A DNA stretch of 64,000 nucleotides. It comes from Eledone cirrhosa. Lineage: Eukaryota. The DNA lies in assembly GCA_964016885.1 (NCBI GenBank), contig OZ024745.1, positions 7,998,001-8,062,000 of the forward strand. Reading direction: 5' to 3'. The notes below the pieces were generated by a model. The model had not been told where the DNA came from and did not search any database. It was given only the letters and a program-made list of their open reading frames with translations. Both the position numbers and the translations under genes were made by a program. Below, in pieces: positions 28,701 to 46,700 of this stretch (its first letter is position 1; each line of letters opens with the position of its first letter).

Positions 28701-31700
28701 ATCGTCTGATATGATAGAGGCATAACTGATATGTGATATCGTCTGATATGATAGAGGCATAACTGATATGTGATATCGTCTGATATGATAGAAGCATAAC
28801 TGATATGTGATATCGTCTGATATAATAGAGGCATAACTGATATGTGATATCGTCTGATATGATAGAGGCTTAACTGATATGTGATATCGTCTGATATGAT
28901 AGAGGCATAACTGATATGTGATATAGTCTGATATGATAGTGGCATGGCTGATAAGTGATATCGTCTGATATAACAGAGGCATAACTGATATGTGATATAG
29001 TCTGATATGATAGAGGCATAACTGATATGTGATATAGTCTGATATGATAGTGGCATAACTGATATGTGATATCGTCTGACATGATAGTGGCATGGCTGAT
29101 AAGTGATATCGTCTGATATAATAGAGGCATAACTGATATGTGATATCGTCTGATATGATAGAGGCATAACTGATATGTGATATCGTCTGATATGATAGAG
29201 ACATAACTGATATGTGATATCGTCTGATATGATAGAGGCATAACTGATATGTGATATCGTCTGATATGATTGAGGCATAACTGATATATCATATCGTCTG
29301 ATATGATAGAAGCATAACTGATATGTGATAACGTCTGATATAATAGAGGCATAACTGATATGTGATATAGTCTGATATGATAGAGGCATAACTGATATGT
29401 GATATCATCTGATATGATAGAGGCATAACTGATATGTGATATCGTCTGATATGATAGAGGCATGGCTGATATGTGATATCGTCTGATATCATAGAGGCAT
29501 AACTGATATGTGATATCGTCTGATATGATAGTGGCATAACTGATATGTGATATCGTCTGATATGATAGAGGCGTAACTGATATGTGATATCGTCTGATAT
29601 GATAGAGGCATAACTGATATGTGATATCGTCTGATATGATAGTGGCATAAGTGATATGTGATATCGTCTGATATAATAGAGGCGTAACTGATATGTGATA
29701 TCGTCTGATATGATAGAGGCATAAATGATATGTGAGATCGTCCGATATGATAGAGGCATAACTGATATGTGATATCGTCTGATATGATAGTGGCATAACT
29801 GATATGTGATATCGTCTGATATGATAGAGGCATGGCTGATATGTGATATCGTCTGATATGATAGAGGCATAAATGATATGTGATATCGTCTGATATGATA
29901 GAGGCATAACTGATATGTGATATCGTCTGATATGATAGTGGAAAAACTGATATGTGATATCGTCTGATATGATAGTGGCATTACTGATATGTGATATCGT
30001 CTGATATGATAGAGGCGTAACTGATATGTGATATCGTCTGATATGATAGTGGCATGACTGATATGTGATATCGTCTGATATGATAGAGGCATAACTGATA
30101 TGTGATATCGTCTGATATAATAGAGGCATAACTGATATGTGATATCGACTGATATGATAGAGGCTTAACTGATAAGTGATATCGTCTGATATAATAGAGG
30201 CATAACTAATATGTGATATAGTCTGATATGATAGAGGCATAACTGATATGTGATATAGTCTGATATGATAGAGGCATAACTGATATGTGATATCGTCTGA
30301 TATGAGAGTGGCATGGCTGATAAGTGATATCGTCTGATATAATAGAGGCATATCTGATATGTGATATATTCTGATATGATAGAGGCTTAACTGATATGTG
30401 ATATATTCTGATATGATAGAGGCATAACTGATATGTGATATCGTCTGATATGATAGAGGCATAACTGATATGTGATATCGTCTGATATGATAGAGGCATA
30501 ACTGATATGTGATATCGTCTGATATGATAGAGGCATAACTGATATGTGATATCGTCTGATATGATAGAGGCATAACTGATATGTGATATCGTCTGATATG
30601 ATAGAGGCATAACTGATATGTGATATCGTCTGATATGAAAGAGGCATAACTGATATGTGATATCGTCTGATATGATAGAGGCATAACTGATATGTGATAT
30701 CGTCTGATATGATAGAGGCATAACTGATATGTGATATCGTCTGATATGATAGAGGCATAACTGATATGTGATATCGTCTGATATGATAGAGGCATAACTG
30801 ATATGTGATATCGTCTGATATGATAGAAGCATAACTGATATGTGATATCGTCTGATATAATAGAGGCATAACTGATATGTGATATCGTCTGATATGATAG
30901 TGGCATAACTGATATGTGATATCGTCTGATATGATAGAGGCATAACTGATATGTGATATCGTCTGATATGATAGAGGCATAACTGATATGTGATATCGTC
31001 TGATATGATATAATGCATAACTGATATGTCATATCATCTGAAATGATAGAGGCATAACTGATATGTGATATCGTCTGATATGATAGAGGCATAACTGATA
31101 TGTGATATCGTCCGATATGATAGAGGCATAACTGATATGTGATATCGTCTGATATGATAGTGGCATAACTGATATGTGATATCGTCTGATATGATAGAGG
31201 CGTAACTGATATGTGATATCGTCTGATATGATAGAGGCATGGCTGATATGTGATATCGTCTGATATGATAGAGGCATAAATGATATGTGATATCGTCTGA
31301 TATGATAGAGGCATAACTGATATGTGATATCGTCTGATATGATAGTGGAAAAACAGATATGTGATATCGTCAGATATGATAGAGGCGTAACTGATATGTG
31401 ATATCGTCTGATATGATAGAGGCATGGCTGATATGTGATATCGTCTGATATGATAGAGGCATAACTGAAATGTGATATCGTCTGATATAATAGAGGCATA
31501 ACTGATATGTGATATCGTCTGATTTGATAGAGTCATAAATGATATGTGATATCGTCTGATATGATAGAGGCATAACTGATATGTGATATCGTCTGATATG
31601 ATAGTGGAAAAACTGATATGTGATATCGTCTGATATGATAGAGGCGTAACTGATATGTGATATCGTCTGATATTATAGAGGCATGGCTGATAGGTGACAT

Positions 31701-34700
31701 CGTCTGATATGATAGAGGCATAACTGATATGTGATATCGTCTGATATAATAGAGGCATAACTGATATGTGACATCGTCTGATATGATAGAGGCCTAACTG
31801 ATATGTGATATCGTCTGATATGATAGTGGCATTACTGATATGTGATATCGTCTGATATGATAGAGGCGTAACTGATATGTGATATCGTCTGATATGATAG
31901 TGGCATGACTGATATGTGATATCGTCTGATATGATAGAGGCATAACTGATATGTGATATCGTCTGATATAATAGAGGCATAACTGATATGTGATATCGAC
32001 TGATATGATAGAGGCTTAACTGATAAGTGATATCGTCTGATATAATAGAGGCATAACTGATATGTGATATAGTCTGATATGATAGAGGCATAACTGATAT
32101 GTGATATAGTCTGATATGATAGAGGCATAACTGATATGTGATATCGTCTGATATGAGAGTGGCATGGCTGATAAGTGATATCGTCTGATATAATAGAGGC
32201 ATAACTGATATGTGATATCGTCTGATATGATAGAGGCTTAACTGATATGTGATATATTATGATATGATAGAGGCATAACTGATATGTGATATCGTCTGAT
32301 ATGATAGAGGCATAACTGATATGTGATATCGTCTGATATGATAGAGGCATAACTGATATGTGATATCGTCTGATATGATAGAGGCATAACTGATATGTGA
32401 TATCGTCTGATATGATAGAGGCATAACTGATATGTGATATCGTCTGATATGAAAGAGGCATAACTGATATGTGATATCGTCTGATATGATAGAGGCATAA
32501 CTGATATGTGATATCGTCTGATATGATAGAGGCATAACTGATATGTGATATCGTCTGATATGATAGAGGCATAACTGATATGTGATATCGTCTGATATGA
32601 TAGAGGCATAACTGATATGTGATATCGTCTGATATGATAGAGGCATAACTGATATGTGATATCGTCTGATATGATAGAGGCATAACTGATATGTGATATC
32701 GTCCGATATGATAGAGGCATAACTGATATGTGATATCGTCTGATATGATAGAGGCATAACTGATATGTGATATCGTCTGATATGAAAGAGGCATAACTGA
32801 TATGTGATATCGTCTGATATGATAGAGGCATAACTGATATGTGATATCGTCTGATATGATAGTGGCATAACTGATATGTGATATCGTCTGATATGATACA
32901 GGCGTAACTGATATGTGATATAGTCTGATATGATAGAGGCATAACTGATATGTGATATCGTCTGATATGATAGTGGCATAACTGATATGTGATATCGTCT
33001 GATATGATAGAGGCATAACTGATATGTGATATCGTCTGATATGATAGAGGCATAACTGATATGTGATATCGTCTGATATGATATAATGCATAACTGATAT
33101 GTGATATCGTCTGAAATGATAGAGGCATAACTGATATGTGATATCGTCTGATATGATAGAGGCATAACTGATATGTGATATCGTCCGATATGATAGAGGC
33201 ATAACTGATATGTGATATCGTCTGATATGATAGTGGCATAACTGATATGTGATATCGTCTGATATGATAGAGGCATGGCTGATATGTGATATCGTCTGAT
33301 ATGATAGAGGCATAAATGATATGTGATATCGTCTGATATGATAGAGGCATAACTGATATGTGATATCGTCTGATATGATAGTGGAAAAACTGATATGTGA
33401 TATCGTCAGATATGATAGAGGCGTAACTGATATGTGATATCGTCTGATATGATAGAGGCATGGCTGATATGTGACATCGTCTGATATGATAGAGGCATAA
33501 CTGATATGTGATATCGTCTGATATAATAGAGGCATAACTGATATGTGATATCGTCTGATATGATAGAGGCTTAACTGATATGTGATATCGTCTGATATGA
33601 TAGAGGCATAACTGATATGTGATATAGTCTGATATGATAGTGGCATGGCTGATAAGTGATATCGTCTGATATAATAGAGGCATAACTGATATGTGATATA
33701 GTCTGATATGATAGAGGCATAACTGATATGTGATATAGTCTGATATGATAGTGGCATAACTGATATGTGATATCGTCTGACATGATAGTGGCATGGCTGA
33801 TAAGTGATATCGTCTGATATAATAGAGGCATAACTGATATGTGATATCGTCTGATATGATAGAGGCATAACTGATATGTGATATCGTCTGATATGATAGA
33901 GACATAACTGATATGTGATATCGTCTGACATGATAGTGGCATGGCTGATAAGTGATATCGTCTGATATAATAGAGGCATAACTGATATGTGATATCGTCT
34001 GATATGATAGAGGCATAACTGATATGTGATATCGTCTGATATGATAGAGACATAACTGATATGTGATATCGTCTGATATGATAGAGGCATAACTGATATG
34101 TGATATCGTCTGATATGATTGAGGCATAACTGATATGTGATATCGTCTGATATGATAGAGGCATGGCTGATATGTGATATCGTCTGATATCATAGAGGCA
34201 TAACTGATATGTGATATCGTCTGATATGATAGTGGCATAACTGATATGTGATATCGTCTGATATGATAGAGGCGTAACTGATATGTGATATCGTCTGATA
34301 TGATAGAGGCATAACTGATATGTGATATCGTCTGATATGATAGTGGCATAAGTGATATGTGATATCGTCTGATATAATAGAGGCGTAACTGATATGTGAT
34401 ATCGTCTGATATGATAGAGGCATAACTGATATGTGATATCGTCCGATATGATAGAGGCATAACTGATATGTGATATCGTCTGATATGATAGTGGCATAAC
34501 TGATATGTGATATCGTCTGATATGATAGAGGCATGGCTGATATGTGATATCGTCTGATATGATAGAGGCATAAATGATATGTGATATCGTCTGATATGAT
34601 AGAGGCATAACTGATATGTGATATCGTCTGATATGATAGTGGAAAAACTGATATGTGATATCGTCAGATATGATAGAGGCGTAACTGATATGTGATATCG

Positions 34701-37700
34701 TCTGATATGATAGAGGCATGGCTGATATGTGACATCGTCTGATATGATAGAGGCATAACTGATATGTGATATCGTCTGATATAATAGAGGCATAACTGAT
34801 ATGTGACATCGTCTGATATGATAGAGGCCTAACTGATATGTGATATCGTCTGATATGATAGTGGCATTACTGATATGTGATATCGTCTGATATGATAGAG
34901 GCGTAACTGATATGTGATATCGTCTGATATGATAGTGGCATGACTGATATGTGATATCGTCTGATATGATAGAGGCATAACTGATATGTGATATCGTCTG
35001 ATATAATAGAGGCATAACTGATATGTGATATCGACTGATATGATAGAGGCTTAACTGATAAGTGATATCGTCTGATATAATAGAGGCATAACTAATATGT
35101 GATATAGTCTGATATGATAGAGGCATAACTGATATGTGATATAGTCTGATATGATAGAGGCATAACTGATATGTGATATCGTCTGATATGAGAGTGGCAT
35201 GGCTGATAAGTGATATCGTCTGATATAATAGAGGCATATCTGATATGTGATATATTCTGATATGATAGAGGCTTAACTGATATGTGATATATTCTGATAT
35301 GATAGAGGCATAACTGATATGTGATATCGTCTGATATGATAGAGGCATAACTGATATGTGATATCGTCTGATATGATAGAGGCATAACTGATATGTGATA
35401 TCGTCTGATATGATAGAGGCATAACTGATATGTGATATCGTCTGATATGATAGAGGCATAACTGATATGTGATATCGTCTGATATGATAGAGGCATAACT
35501 GATATGTGATATCGTCTGATATGAAAGAGGCATAACTGATATGTGATATCGTCTGATATGATAGAGGCATAACTGATATGTGATATCGTCTGATATGATA
35601 GAGGCATAACTGATATGTGATATCGTCTGATATGATAGAGGCATAACTGATATGTGATATCGTCTGATATGATAGAGGCATAACTGATATGTGATATCGT
35701 CTGATATGATAGAAGCATAACTGATATGTGATATCGTCTGATATAATAGAGGCATAACTGATATGTGATATCGTCTGATATGATAGTGGCATAACTGATA
35801 TGTGATATCGTCTGATATGATAGAGGCATAACTGATATGTGATATCGTCTGATATGATAGAGGCATAACTGATATGTGATATCGTCTGATATGATAGAAG
35901 CATAACTGATATGTCATATCATCTGAAATGATAGAGGCATAACTGATATGTGATATCGTCTGATATGATAGAGGCATAACTGATATGTGATATCGTCCGA
36001 TATGATAGAGGCATAACTGATATGTGATATCGTCTGATATGATAGTGGCATAACTGATATGTGATATCGTCTGATATGATAGAGGCGTAACTGATATGTG
36101 ATATCGTCTGATATGATAGAGGCATGGCTGATATGTGATATCGTCTGATATGATAGAGGCATAAATGATATGTGATATCGTCTGATATGATAGAGGCATA
36201 ACTGATATGTGATATCGTCTGATATGATAGTGGAAAAACAGATATGTGATATCGTCAGATATGATAGAGGCGTAACTGATATGTGATATCGTCTGATATG
36301 ATAGAGGCATGGCTGATATGTGATATCGTCTGATATGATAGAGGCATAACTGATATGTGATATAGTCTGATATGATAGTGGCATAACTGATATGTGATAT
36401 CGTCTGACATGATAGTGGCATGGCTGATAAGTGATATCGTCTGATATAATAGAGGCATAACTGATATGTGATATCGTCTGATATGATAGAGGCATAACTG
36501 ATATGTGATATCGTCTGATATGATAGAGACATAACTGATATGTGATATCGTCTGATATGATAGAGGCATAACTGATATGTGATATCGTCTGATATGATTG
36601 AGGCATAACTGATATATCATATCGTCTGATATGATAGAAGCATAACTGATATGTGATAACGTCTGATATAATAGAGGCATAACTGATATGTGATATAGTC
36701 TGATATGATAGAGGCATAACTGATATGTGATATCATCTGATATGATAGAGGCATAACTGATATGTGATATCGTCTGATATGATAGAGGCATGGCTGATAT
36801 GTGATATCGTCTGATATCATAGAGGCATAACTGATATGTGATATCGTCTGATATGATAGTGGCATAACTGATATGTGATATCGTCTGATATGATAGAGGC
36901 GTAACTGATATGTGATATCGTCTGATATGATAGAGGCATAACTGATATGTGATATCGTCTGATATGATAGTGGCATAAGTGATATGTGATATCGTCTGAT
37001 ATAATAGAGGCGTAACTGATATGTGATATCGTCTGATATGATAGAGGCATAACTGATATGTGATATCGTCCGATATGATAGAGGCATAACTGATATGTGA
37101 TATCGTCTGATATGATAGTGGCATAACTGATATGTGATATCGTCTGATATGATAGAGGCATGGCTGATATGTGATATCGTCTGATATGATAGAGGCATAA
37201 ATGATATGTGATATCGTCTGATATGATAGAGGCATAACTGATATGTGATATCGTCTGATATGATAGTGGAAAAACTGATATGTGATATCGTCAGATATGA
37301 TAGAGGCGTAACTGATATGTGATATCGTCTGATATGATAGAGGCATGGCTGATATGTGACATCGTCTGATATGATAGAGGCATAACTGATATGTGATATC
37401 GTCTGATATAATAGAGGCATAACTGATATGTGACATCGTCTGATATGATAGAGGCCTAACTGATATGTGATATCGTCTGATATGATAGTGGCATTACTGA
37501 TATGTGATATCGTCTGATATGATAGAGGCGTAACTGATATGTGATATCGTCTGATATGATAGTGGCATGACTGATATGTGATATCGTCTGATATGATAGA
37601 GGCATAACTGATATGTGATATCGTCTGATATAATAGAGGCATAACTGATATGTGATATCGACTGATATGATAGAGGCTTAACTGATAAGTGATATCGTCT

Positions 37701-40700
37701 GATATAATAGAGGCATAACTAATATGTGATATAGTCTGATATGATAGAGGCATAACTGATATGTGATATAGTCTGATATGATAGAGGCATAACTGATATG
37801 TGATATCGTCTGATATGAGAGTGGCATGGCTGATAAGTGATATCGTCTGATATAATAGAGGCATATCTGATATGTGATATATTCTGATATGATAGAGGCT
37901 TAACTGATATGTGATATATTCTGATATGATAGAGGCATAACTGATATGTGATATCGTCTGATATGATAGAGGCATAACTGATATGTGATATCGTCTGATA
38001 TGATAGAGGCATAACTGATATGTGATATCGTCTGATATGATAGAGGCATAACTGATATGTGATATCGTCTGATATGATAGAGGCATAACTGATATGTGAT
38101 ATCGTCTGATATGATAGAGGCATAACTGATATGTGATATCGTCTGATATGAAAGAGGCATAACTGATATGTGATATCGTCTGATATGATAGAGGCATAAC
38201 TGATATGTGATATCGTCTGATATGATAGAGGCATAACTGATATGTGATATCGTCTGATATGATAGAGGCATAACTGATATGTGATATCGTCTGATATGAT
38301 AGAGGCATAACTGATATGTGATATCGTCTGATATGATAGAAGCATAACTGATATGTGATATCGTCTGATATAATAGAGGCATAACTGATATGTGATATCG
38401 TCTGATATGATAGTGGCATAACTGATATGTGATATCGTCTGATATGATAGAGGCATAACTGATATGTGATATCGTCTGATATGATAGAGGCATAACTGAT
38501 ATGTGATATCGTCTGATATGATATAATGCATAACTGATATGTCATATCATCTGAAATGATAGAGGCATAACTGATATGTGATATCGTCTGATATGATAGA
38601 GGCATAACTGATATGTGATATCGTCCGATATGATAGAGGCATAACTGATATGTGATATCGTCTGATATGATAGTGGCATAACTGATATGTGATATCGTCT
38701 GATATGATAGAGGCGTAACTGATATGTGATATCGTCTGATATGATAGAGGCATGGCTGATATGTGATATCGTCTGATATGAGAGTGGCATGGCTGATAAG
38801 TGATATCGTCTGATATAATAGAGGCATAACTGATATGTGATATCGTCTGATATGATAGAGGCTTAACTGATATGTGATATATTATGATATGATAGAGGCA
38901 TAACTGATATGTGATATCGTCTGATATGATAGAGGCATAACTGATATGTGATATCGTCTGATATGATAGAGGCATAACTGATATGTGATATCGTCTGATA
39001 TGATAGAGGCATAACTGATATGTGATATCGTCTGATATGATAGAGGCATAACTGATATGTGATATCGTCTGATATGATAGAGGCATAACTGATATGTGAT
39101 ATCGTCTGATATGAAAGAGGCATAACTGATATGTGATATCGTCTGATATGATAGAGGCATAACTGATATGTGATATCGTCTGATATGATAGAGGCATAAC
39201 TGATATGTGATATCGTCTGATATGATAGAGGCATAACTGATATGTGATATCGTCTGATATGATAGAGGCATAACTGATATGTGATATCGTCTGATATGAT
39301 AGAGGCATAACTGATATGTGATATCGTCTGATATGATAGAGGCATAACTGATATGTGATATCGTCCGATATGATAGAGGCATAACTGATATGTGATATCG
39401 TCTGATATGATAGAGGCATAACTGATATGTGATATCGTCTGATATGAAAGAGGCATAACTGATATGTGATATCGTCTGATATGATAGAGGCATAACTGAT
39501 ATGTGATATCGTCTGATATGATAGTGGCATAACTGATATGTGATATCGTCTGATATGATACAAGCGTAACTGATATGTGATATCGTCTGATATGATAGAG
39601 GCATAACTGATATGTGATATCGTCTGATATGATAGTGGCATAACTGATATGTGATATCGTCTGATATGATAGAGGCATAACTGATATGTGATATCGTCTG
39701 ATATGATAGAGGCATAACTGATATGTGATATCGTCTGATATGATATAATGCATAACTGATATGTGATATCGTCTGAAATGATAGAGGCATAACTGATATG
39801 TGATATCGTCTGATATGATAGAGGCATAACTGATATGTGATATCGTCCGATATGATAGAGGCATAACTGATATGTGATATCGTCTGATATGATAGTGGCA
39901 TAACTGATATGTGATATCGTCTGATATGATAGAGGCATGGCTGATATGTGATATCGTCTGATATGATAGAGGCATAAATAATATGTGATATCGTCTGATA
40001 TGATAGAGGCATAACTGATATGTGATATCGTCTGATATGATAGTGGAAAAACTGATATGTGATATCGTCAGATATGATAGAGGCGTAACTGATATGTGAT
40101 ATCGTCTGATATGATAGAGGCATGGCTGATATGTGACATCGTCTGATATGATAGAGGCATAACTGATATGTGATATCGTCTGATATAATAGAGGCATAAC
40201 TGATATGTGATATCGTCTGATATGATAGAGGCTTAACTGATATGTGATATCGTCTGATATGATAGAGGCATAACTGATATGTGATATAGTCTGATATGAT
40301 AGTGGCATGGCTGATAAGTGATATCGTCTGATATAATAGAGGCATAACTGATATGTGATATAGTCTGATATGATAGAGGCATAACTGATATGTGATATAG
40401 TCTGATATGATAGTGGCATAACTGATATGTGATATCGTCTGACATGATAGTGGCATGGCTGATAAGTGATATCGTCTGATATAATAGAGGCATAACTGAT
40501 ATGTGATATCGTCTGATATGATAGAGGCATAACTGATATGTGATATCGTCTGATATGATAGAGACATAACTGATATGTGATATCGTCTGATATGATAGAG
40601 GCATAACTGATATGTGATATCGTCTGATATGATTGAGGCATAACTGATATATCATATCGTCTGATATGATAGAAGCATAACTGATATGTGATAACGTCTG

Positions 40701-43700
40701 ATATAATAGAGGCATAACTGATATGTGATATAGTCTGATATGATAGAGGCATAACTCATATGTGATATCATCTGATATGATAGAGGCATAACTGATATGT
40801 GATATCGTCTGATATGATAGAGGCATGGCTGATATGTGATATCGTCTGATATCATAGAGGCATAACTGATATGTGATATCGTCTGATATGATAGTGGCAT
40901 AACTGATATGTGATATCGTCTGATATGATAGAGGCGTAACTGATATGTGATATCGTCTGATATGATAGAGGCATAACTGATATGTGATATCGTCTGATAT
41001 GATAGTGGCATAACTGATATGTGATATCGTCTGATATAATAGAGGCGTAACTGATATGTGATATCGTCTGATATGATAGAGGCTTAACTGATATGTGATA
41101 TCGTCTGATATGATAGAGGCATAACTGATATGTGATATCGTCTGATATGATAGTGGCATGGCTGATAAGTGATATCGTCTGATATAATAGAGGCATAACT
41201 GATATGTGATATCGTCTGATATGATAGAGGCATAACTGATATGTGATATCGTCTGATATCATAGAGACATAACTGATATGTGATATCGTCTGATATGATA
41301 GAGGCATAACTGATATGTGATATCGTCCGATATGATAGAGGCATAACTGATATGTGATATCGTCTGATATGATAGAAGCATAACTGATATGTGATAACGT
41401 CTGATATAATAGAGGCATAACTGATATGTGATATAGTCTGATATGATAGAGGCATAACTGATATGTGATATCATCTGATATGATAGAGGCATAACTGATA
41501 TGTGATATCGTCTGATATGATAGAGGCATAACTGATATGTGATATCGTCTGATATGATAGCGGCATAACTGATATGTGATATCGTCTGATATGATAGAGG
41601 CATAACTGATATGTGATAACGTCTGATATGATAGAGGCGTAACTGATATGTGATATCGTCTGATATGATAGAGGCATAACTGATATGTGATATCGTCTGA
41701 TATAATAGAGGCATAAATGATATGTGATATCGTCTGATATGATAGAGGCATAACTGATATGTGATATCGTCTGATATGATAGAGGCGTAACTGATATGTG
41801 ATATCGTCTGATATGATAGAGGCATAACTGATATGTGATATCGTCTGATATGATAGAGGCATAACTGATATGTGATATCGTCTGATATGATAGTGGCATG
41901 GCTGATAAGTGATATCGTCTGATATAATAGAGGCATAACTGATATGTGATATAGTTTGATATGATAGAGGCATAACTGATATGTAATATAGTCTAATATG
42001 ATAGAGGCATAACTGATATGTGATATCGTCTGATATGATAGTGGCATGGCTGATAAGTGATATCGTCTGATATAATAGAGGCATAACTGATATGTGATAT
42101 CGTCTGATATGATAGAGGCATAACTGATATGTGATATCGTCTGATATGATAGAGGCATAACTGATATATGATATCGTCTGATATGATAGAAGCGTAACTG
42201 ATATGTGATAACGTCTGATATAATAGAGGCATAACTGATTTTGTGATATAGTCTGATATGATAGAGGCATAACTGATATGTGATATCGTCTGATATGATA
42301 GAGGCATGGCTGATATGAGATATCGTCTGATATCATAGAGGCATAACTGATATGTGATATCGTCTGATATGATAGTGGCATAACTGATATGTGATATCGT
42401 CTGATATGATAGAGGCGTAACTGATATGTGATATCGTCTGATATGATAGAGGCATAACTGATATGTGATATCGTCTGATATGATAGTGGCATAACTGATA
42501 TGTGATATCGTCTGATATAATAGAGGCATAACTGATATGTGATATCGTCTGATATGATAGAGGCTTAACTGATATGTGATATCGTCTGATATGATAGAGG
42601 CATAACTGATATGTGATATAGTCTGATATGATAGTGGCATGGCTGATAAGTGATATCGTCTGATATAATAGAGGCATAACTGATATGTGATATAGTCTGA
42701 TATGATAGAGGCATAACTGATATGTGATATAGTCTGATATGATAGAGGCATAACTGATATGTGATATCGTCTGATATGATAGTGGCATGGCTGATAAGTG
42801 ATATCGTCTGATATAATAGAGGCATAACTGATATGTGATATCGTCTGATATGATAGAGGCATAACTGATATGTGATATCGTCTGATATGATAGAGACATA
42901 ACTGATATGTGATATCGTCTGATATGATAGAGGCATAACTGGTATGTGGTATCGTCTGATATGATAGAGGCATAACTGATATATGATATCGTCTGATATG
43001 ATAGAAGCATAACTGATATGTGATAACGTCTGATATAATAGAGGCATAACTGATATGTGATATAGTCTGATATGATAGAGGCATAACTGATATGTGATAT
43101 CATCTGTTATGATAGAGGCATAACTGATATGTGATATCGTCTGATATGATAGAGGCGTAACTGATATGTGATATCGTCTGATATGATAGAGGCGTAACTG
43201 ATATGTGATATCGTCTGATATGATAGAGGCATAACTGATATGTGATATCGTCTGAAATGATAGTGGCATAACTGATATGTGATATCGTCTGATATAATAG
43301 AGGCATAACTGATATGTGATATCGTCTGATATGATAGAGGCTTAACTGATATGTGATATCGTCTGATATGATAGAGGCATAACTGATATGTGATATAGTC
43401 TGATATGATAGTGGCATGGCTGATAAGTGATATCGTCTGATATAATAGAGACATAACTGATATGTGATATAGTCTGATATGATAGAGGCATAACTGATAT
43501 GTGATATAGTCTGATATGATAGTGGCATAACTGATATGTGATATCGTCTGACATGTTAGTGGCATGGCTGATAAGTGATATCGTCTGATATAATAGAGGC
43601 ATAACTGATATGTGATATCGTCTGATATGATAGAGGCATAACTGATATGTGATATCGTCTGATATGATAGAGACATAACTGATATGTGATATCGTCTGAT

Positions 43701-46700
43701 ATGATAGAGGCATAACTGATATGTGATATCGTCTGATATGATTGAGGCATAACTGATATATGATATCGTCTGATATGATAGAAGCATAACTGATATGTGA
43801 TAACGTCTGATATAATAGAGGCATAACTGATATGTGATATAGTCTGATATGATAGAAGCATAACTGATATGTGATATCATCTGATATGATAGAGGCATAA
43901 CTGATATGTGATATCGTCTGATATGATAGAGGCATGGCTGATATGTGATATCGTCTGATATCATAGAGGCAAAACTGATATGTGATATCGTCTGATATGA
44001 TAGTGGCATAACTGATATGTGATATCGTCTGATATGATAGAGGCGTAACGGATATGTGATATCGTCTGATATGATAGAGGCATAACTGATATGTGATATC
44101 GTCTGATATGATAGTGGCATAACTGATATGTGATATCGTCTGATATAATAGAGGCGTAACTGATATGTGATATCGTCTGATATGATAGAGGCTTAACTGA
44201 TATGTGATATCGTCTGATATGATAGAGGCATAACTGATATGTGATATCGTCTGATATGATAGTGGCATGGCTGATAAGTGATATCGTCTGATATAATAGA
44301 GGCATAACTGATATGTGATATCGTCTGATATGATAGAGGCATAACTGATATGTGATATCGTCTGATATCATAGAGACGTAACTGATATGTGATATCGTCT
44401 GATATGATAGAGGCATAACTGATATGTGATATCGTCCGATATGATAGAGGCATAACTGATATATGATATCGTCTGATATGATAGAAGCATAACTGATATG
44501 TGATAACGTCTGATATAATAGAGGCATAACTGATATGTGATATAGTCTGATATGATAGAGGCATAACTGATATGTGATATCATCTGATATGATAGAGGCA
44601 TAACTGATATGTGATATCGTCTGATATGATAGAGGCATAACTGATATGTGATATCGTCTGATATGATAGCGGCATAACTGATATGTGATATCGTCTGATA
44701 TGATAGAGGCATAACTGATATGTGATAACGTCTGATATGATAGAGGCGTAACTGATATGTGATATCGTCTGATATGATAGAGGCATAACTGATATGTGAT
44801 ATCGTCTGATATAATAGAGGCATAAATGATATGTGATATCGTCTGATGTGATAGAGGCATGGCTGATATGTGATATCGACTGATATGATTGAGGCATAAC
44901 TGATGTGTGATATCGTCTGATATGATAGAGGCATAACTGATATGTGATATCGTCTGATATGATAGAGGCATAACTGATATGTGATATCGTCTGATATGAT
45001 AGAGGCATAACTGATATGTGATATCGTCTGATATTATAGAGGCATAACTGATATGTGATATCGTCTGATATGATAGAGGCGTAACTGATATGTGATATCG
45101 TCTGATATGATAGAGGCATAACTGATATGTGATATCGTCTGATATGATAGAGGCATAACTGATATGTGATATCGTCTGATATGATAGAGGCATAACTGAT
45201 ATGTGATATCGTCTGATATTATAGAGGCATAACTGATATGTGATATCGTCTGATATGATAGAGGCGTAACTGATATGTGATATCGTCTGATATGATAGAG
45301 GCATAACTGATATGTGATATCGTCTGATATGATAGAGGCGTAACTCATATGTGATATCGTCTGATATGATAGAGGCATAACTGATATGTGATATCTTCTG
45401 ATATGATAGAGGCTTAACTGATATGTGATATCGTCTGATATGATAGAGGCATAACTGATATGTGATATAGTCTGATATGATAGTGGCATGGCTGATAAGT
45501 GATATCGTCTGATATAATAGAGGCATAACTGATATGTGATATAGTCTGATATGATAGAGACATAACTGATATGTGATATCGTCTGATATGATAGTGGCAT
45601 GGCTGATAAGTGATATCGTCTGATATAATAGAGGCATAACTGATATGTGATATCGTCTGATATGAAAGAGGCATAACTGATATGTGATATCTTCTGATAT
45701 GATAGAGGCATAACTGATATGTGATATCGTCTGATATGATAGTGGCATAACTGATATGTGATATCGTCTGATATTATAGAGGCCTAACTGATATGTGATA
45801 TCGTCTGATATGATAGAGGCATGGCTGATATGAGATATCGTCTGATATGATAGAGGCATAACTGATATGTGATATCGTCTGATATGATAGAGGCATAACT
45901 GATATGTGATATCGTCTGATATGATAGAGGCATAACTGATATGTGATATCGTCTGATATGATAGAGGCATAACTGATATGTGATATCGTCTAATATGATA
46001 GAAGCATAACTGATATGTGATATCGTCTGATATAATAGAGGCATAACTGATATGTGATATAGTCTGATATGATAGAGGCATAACTGATATGTGATATCAT
46101 CTGATATGATAGAGGCATAACTGATATGTGATATCGTCTGATATGATAGAGACATAACTGATATGTGATATCGTCTGATATGATAGAGGCATAACTGATA
46201 TGTGATATCGTCTGATATGATAGAGGCATAACTGATATGTGATATCGTCTGATATGATAGAGGCATAACCGATATGTGATATCGTCTGATATGATAGGGG
46301 CATAACTGATATGTGATATCGTCTGATATGATAGAGGCATAACTGATATGTGATATCGTCTGATATGATAGAGGCATAACCGATATGTGATATCGTCTGA
46401 TATGATAGAGGCATAACTGATATGTGATATCGTCTGATATGAAAGAGGCATAACTGATATGTGATATCGTCTGATATGATAGAGGCATAACTGATATGTG
46501 ATATCGTCTGATATGATAGTGGCATAACTGATATGTGATATCGTCTGATATGATAGAGGCGTAACTGATATGTGATATCGTCTGATATGATAGAGGCATG
46601 GCTGATATGTGATATCGTCTGATATGATAGAGGCATAACTGATATGTGATATCGTCTGATATAATAGAGGCATAACTGATATGTGATATCGTCTGATATG

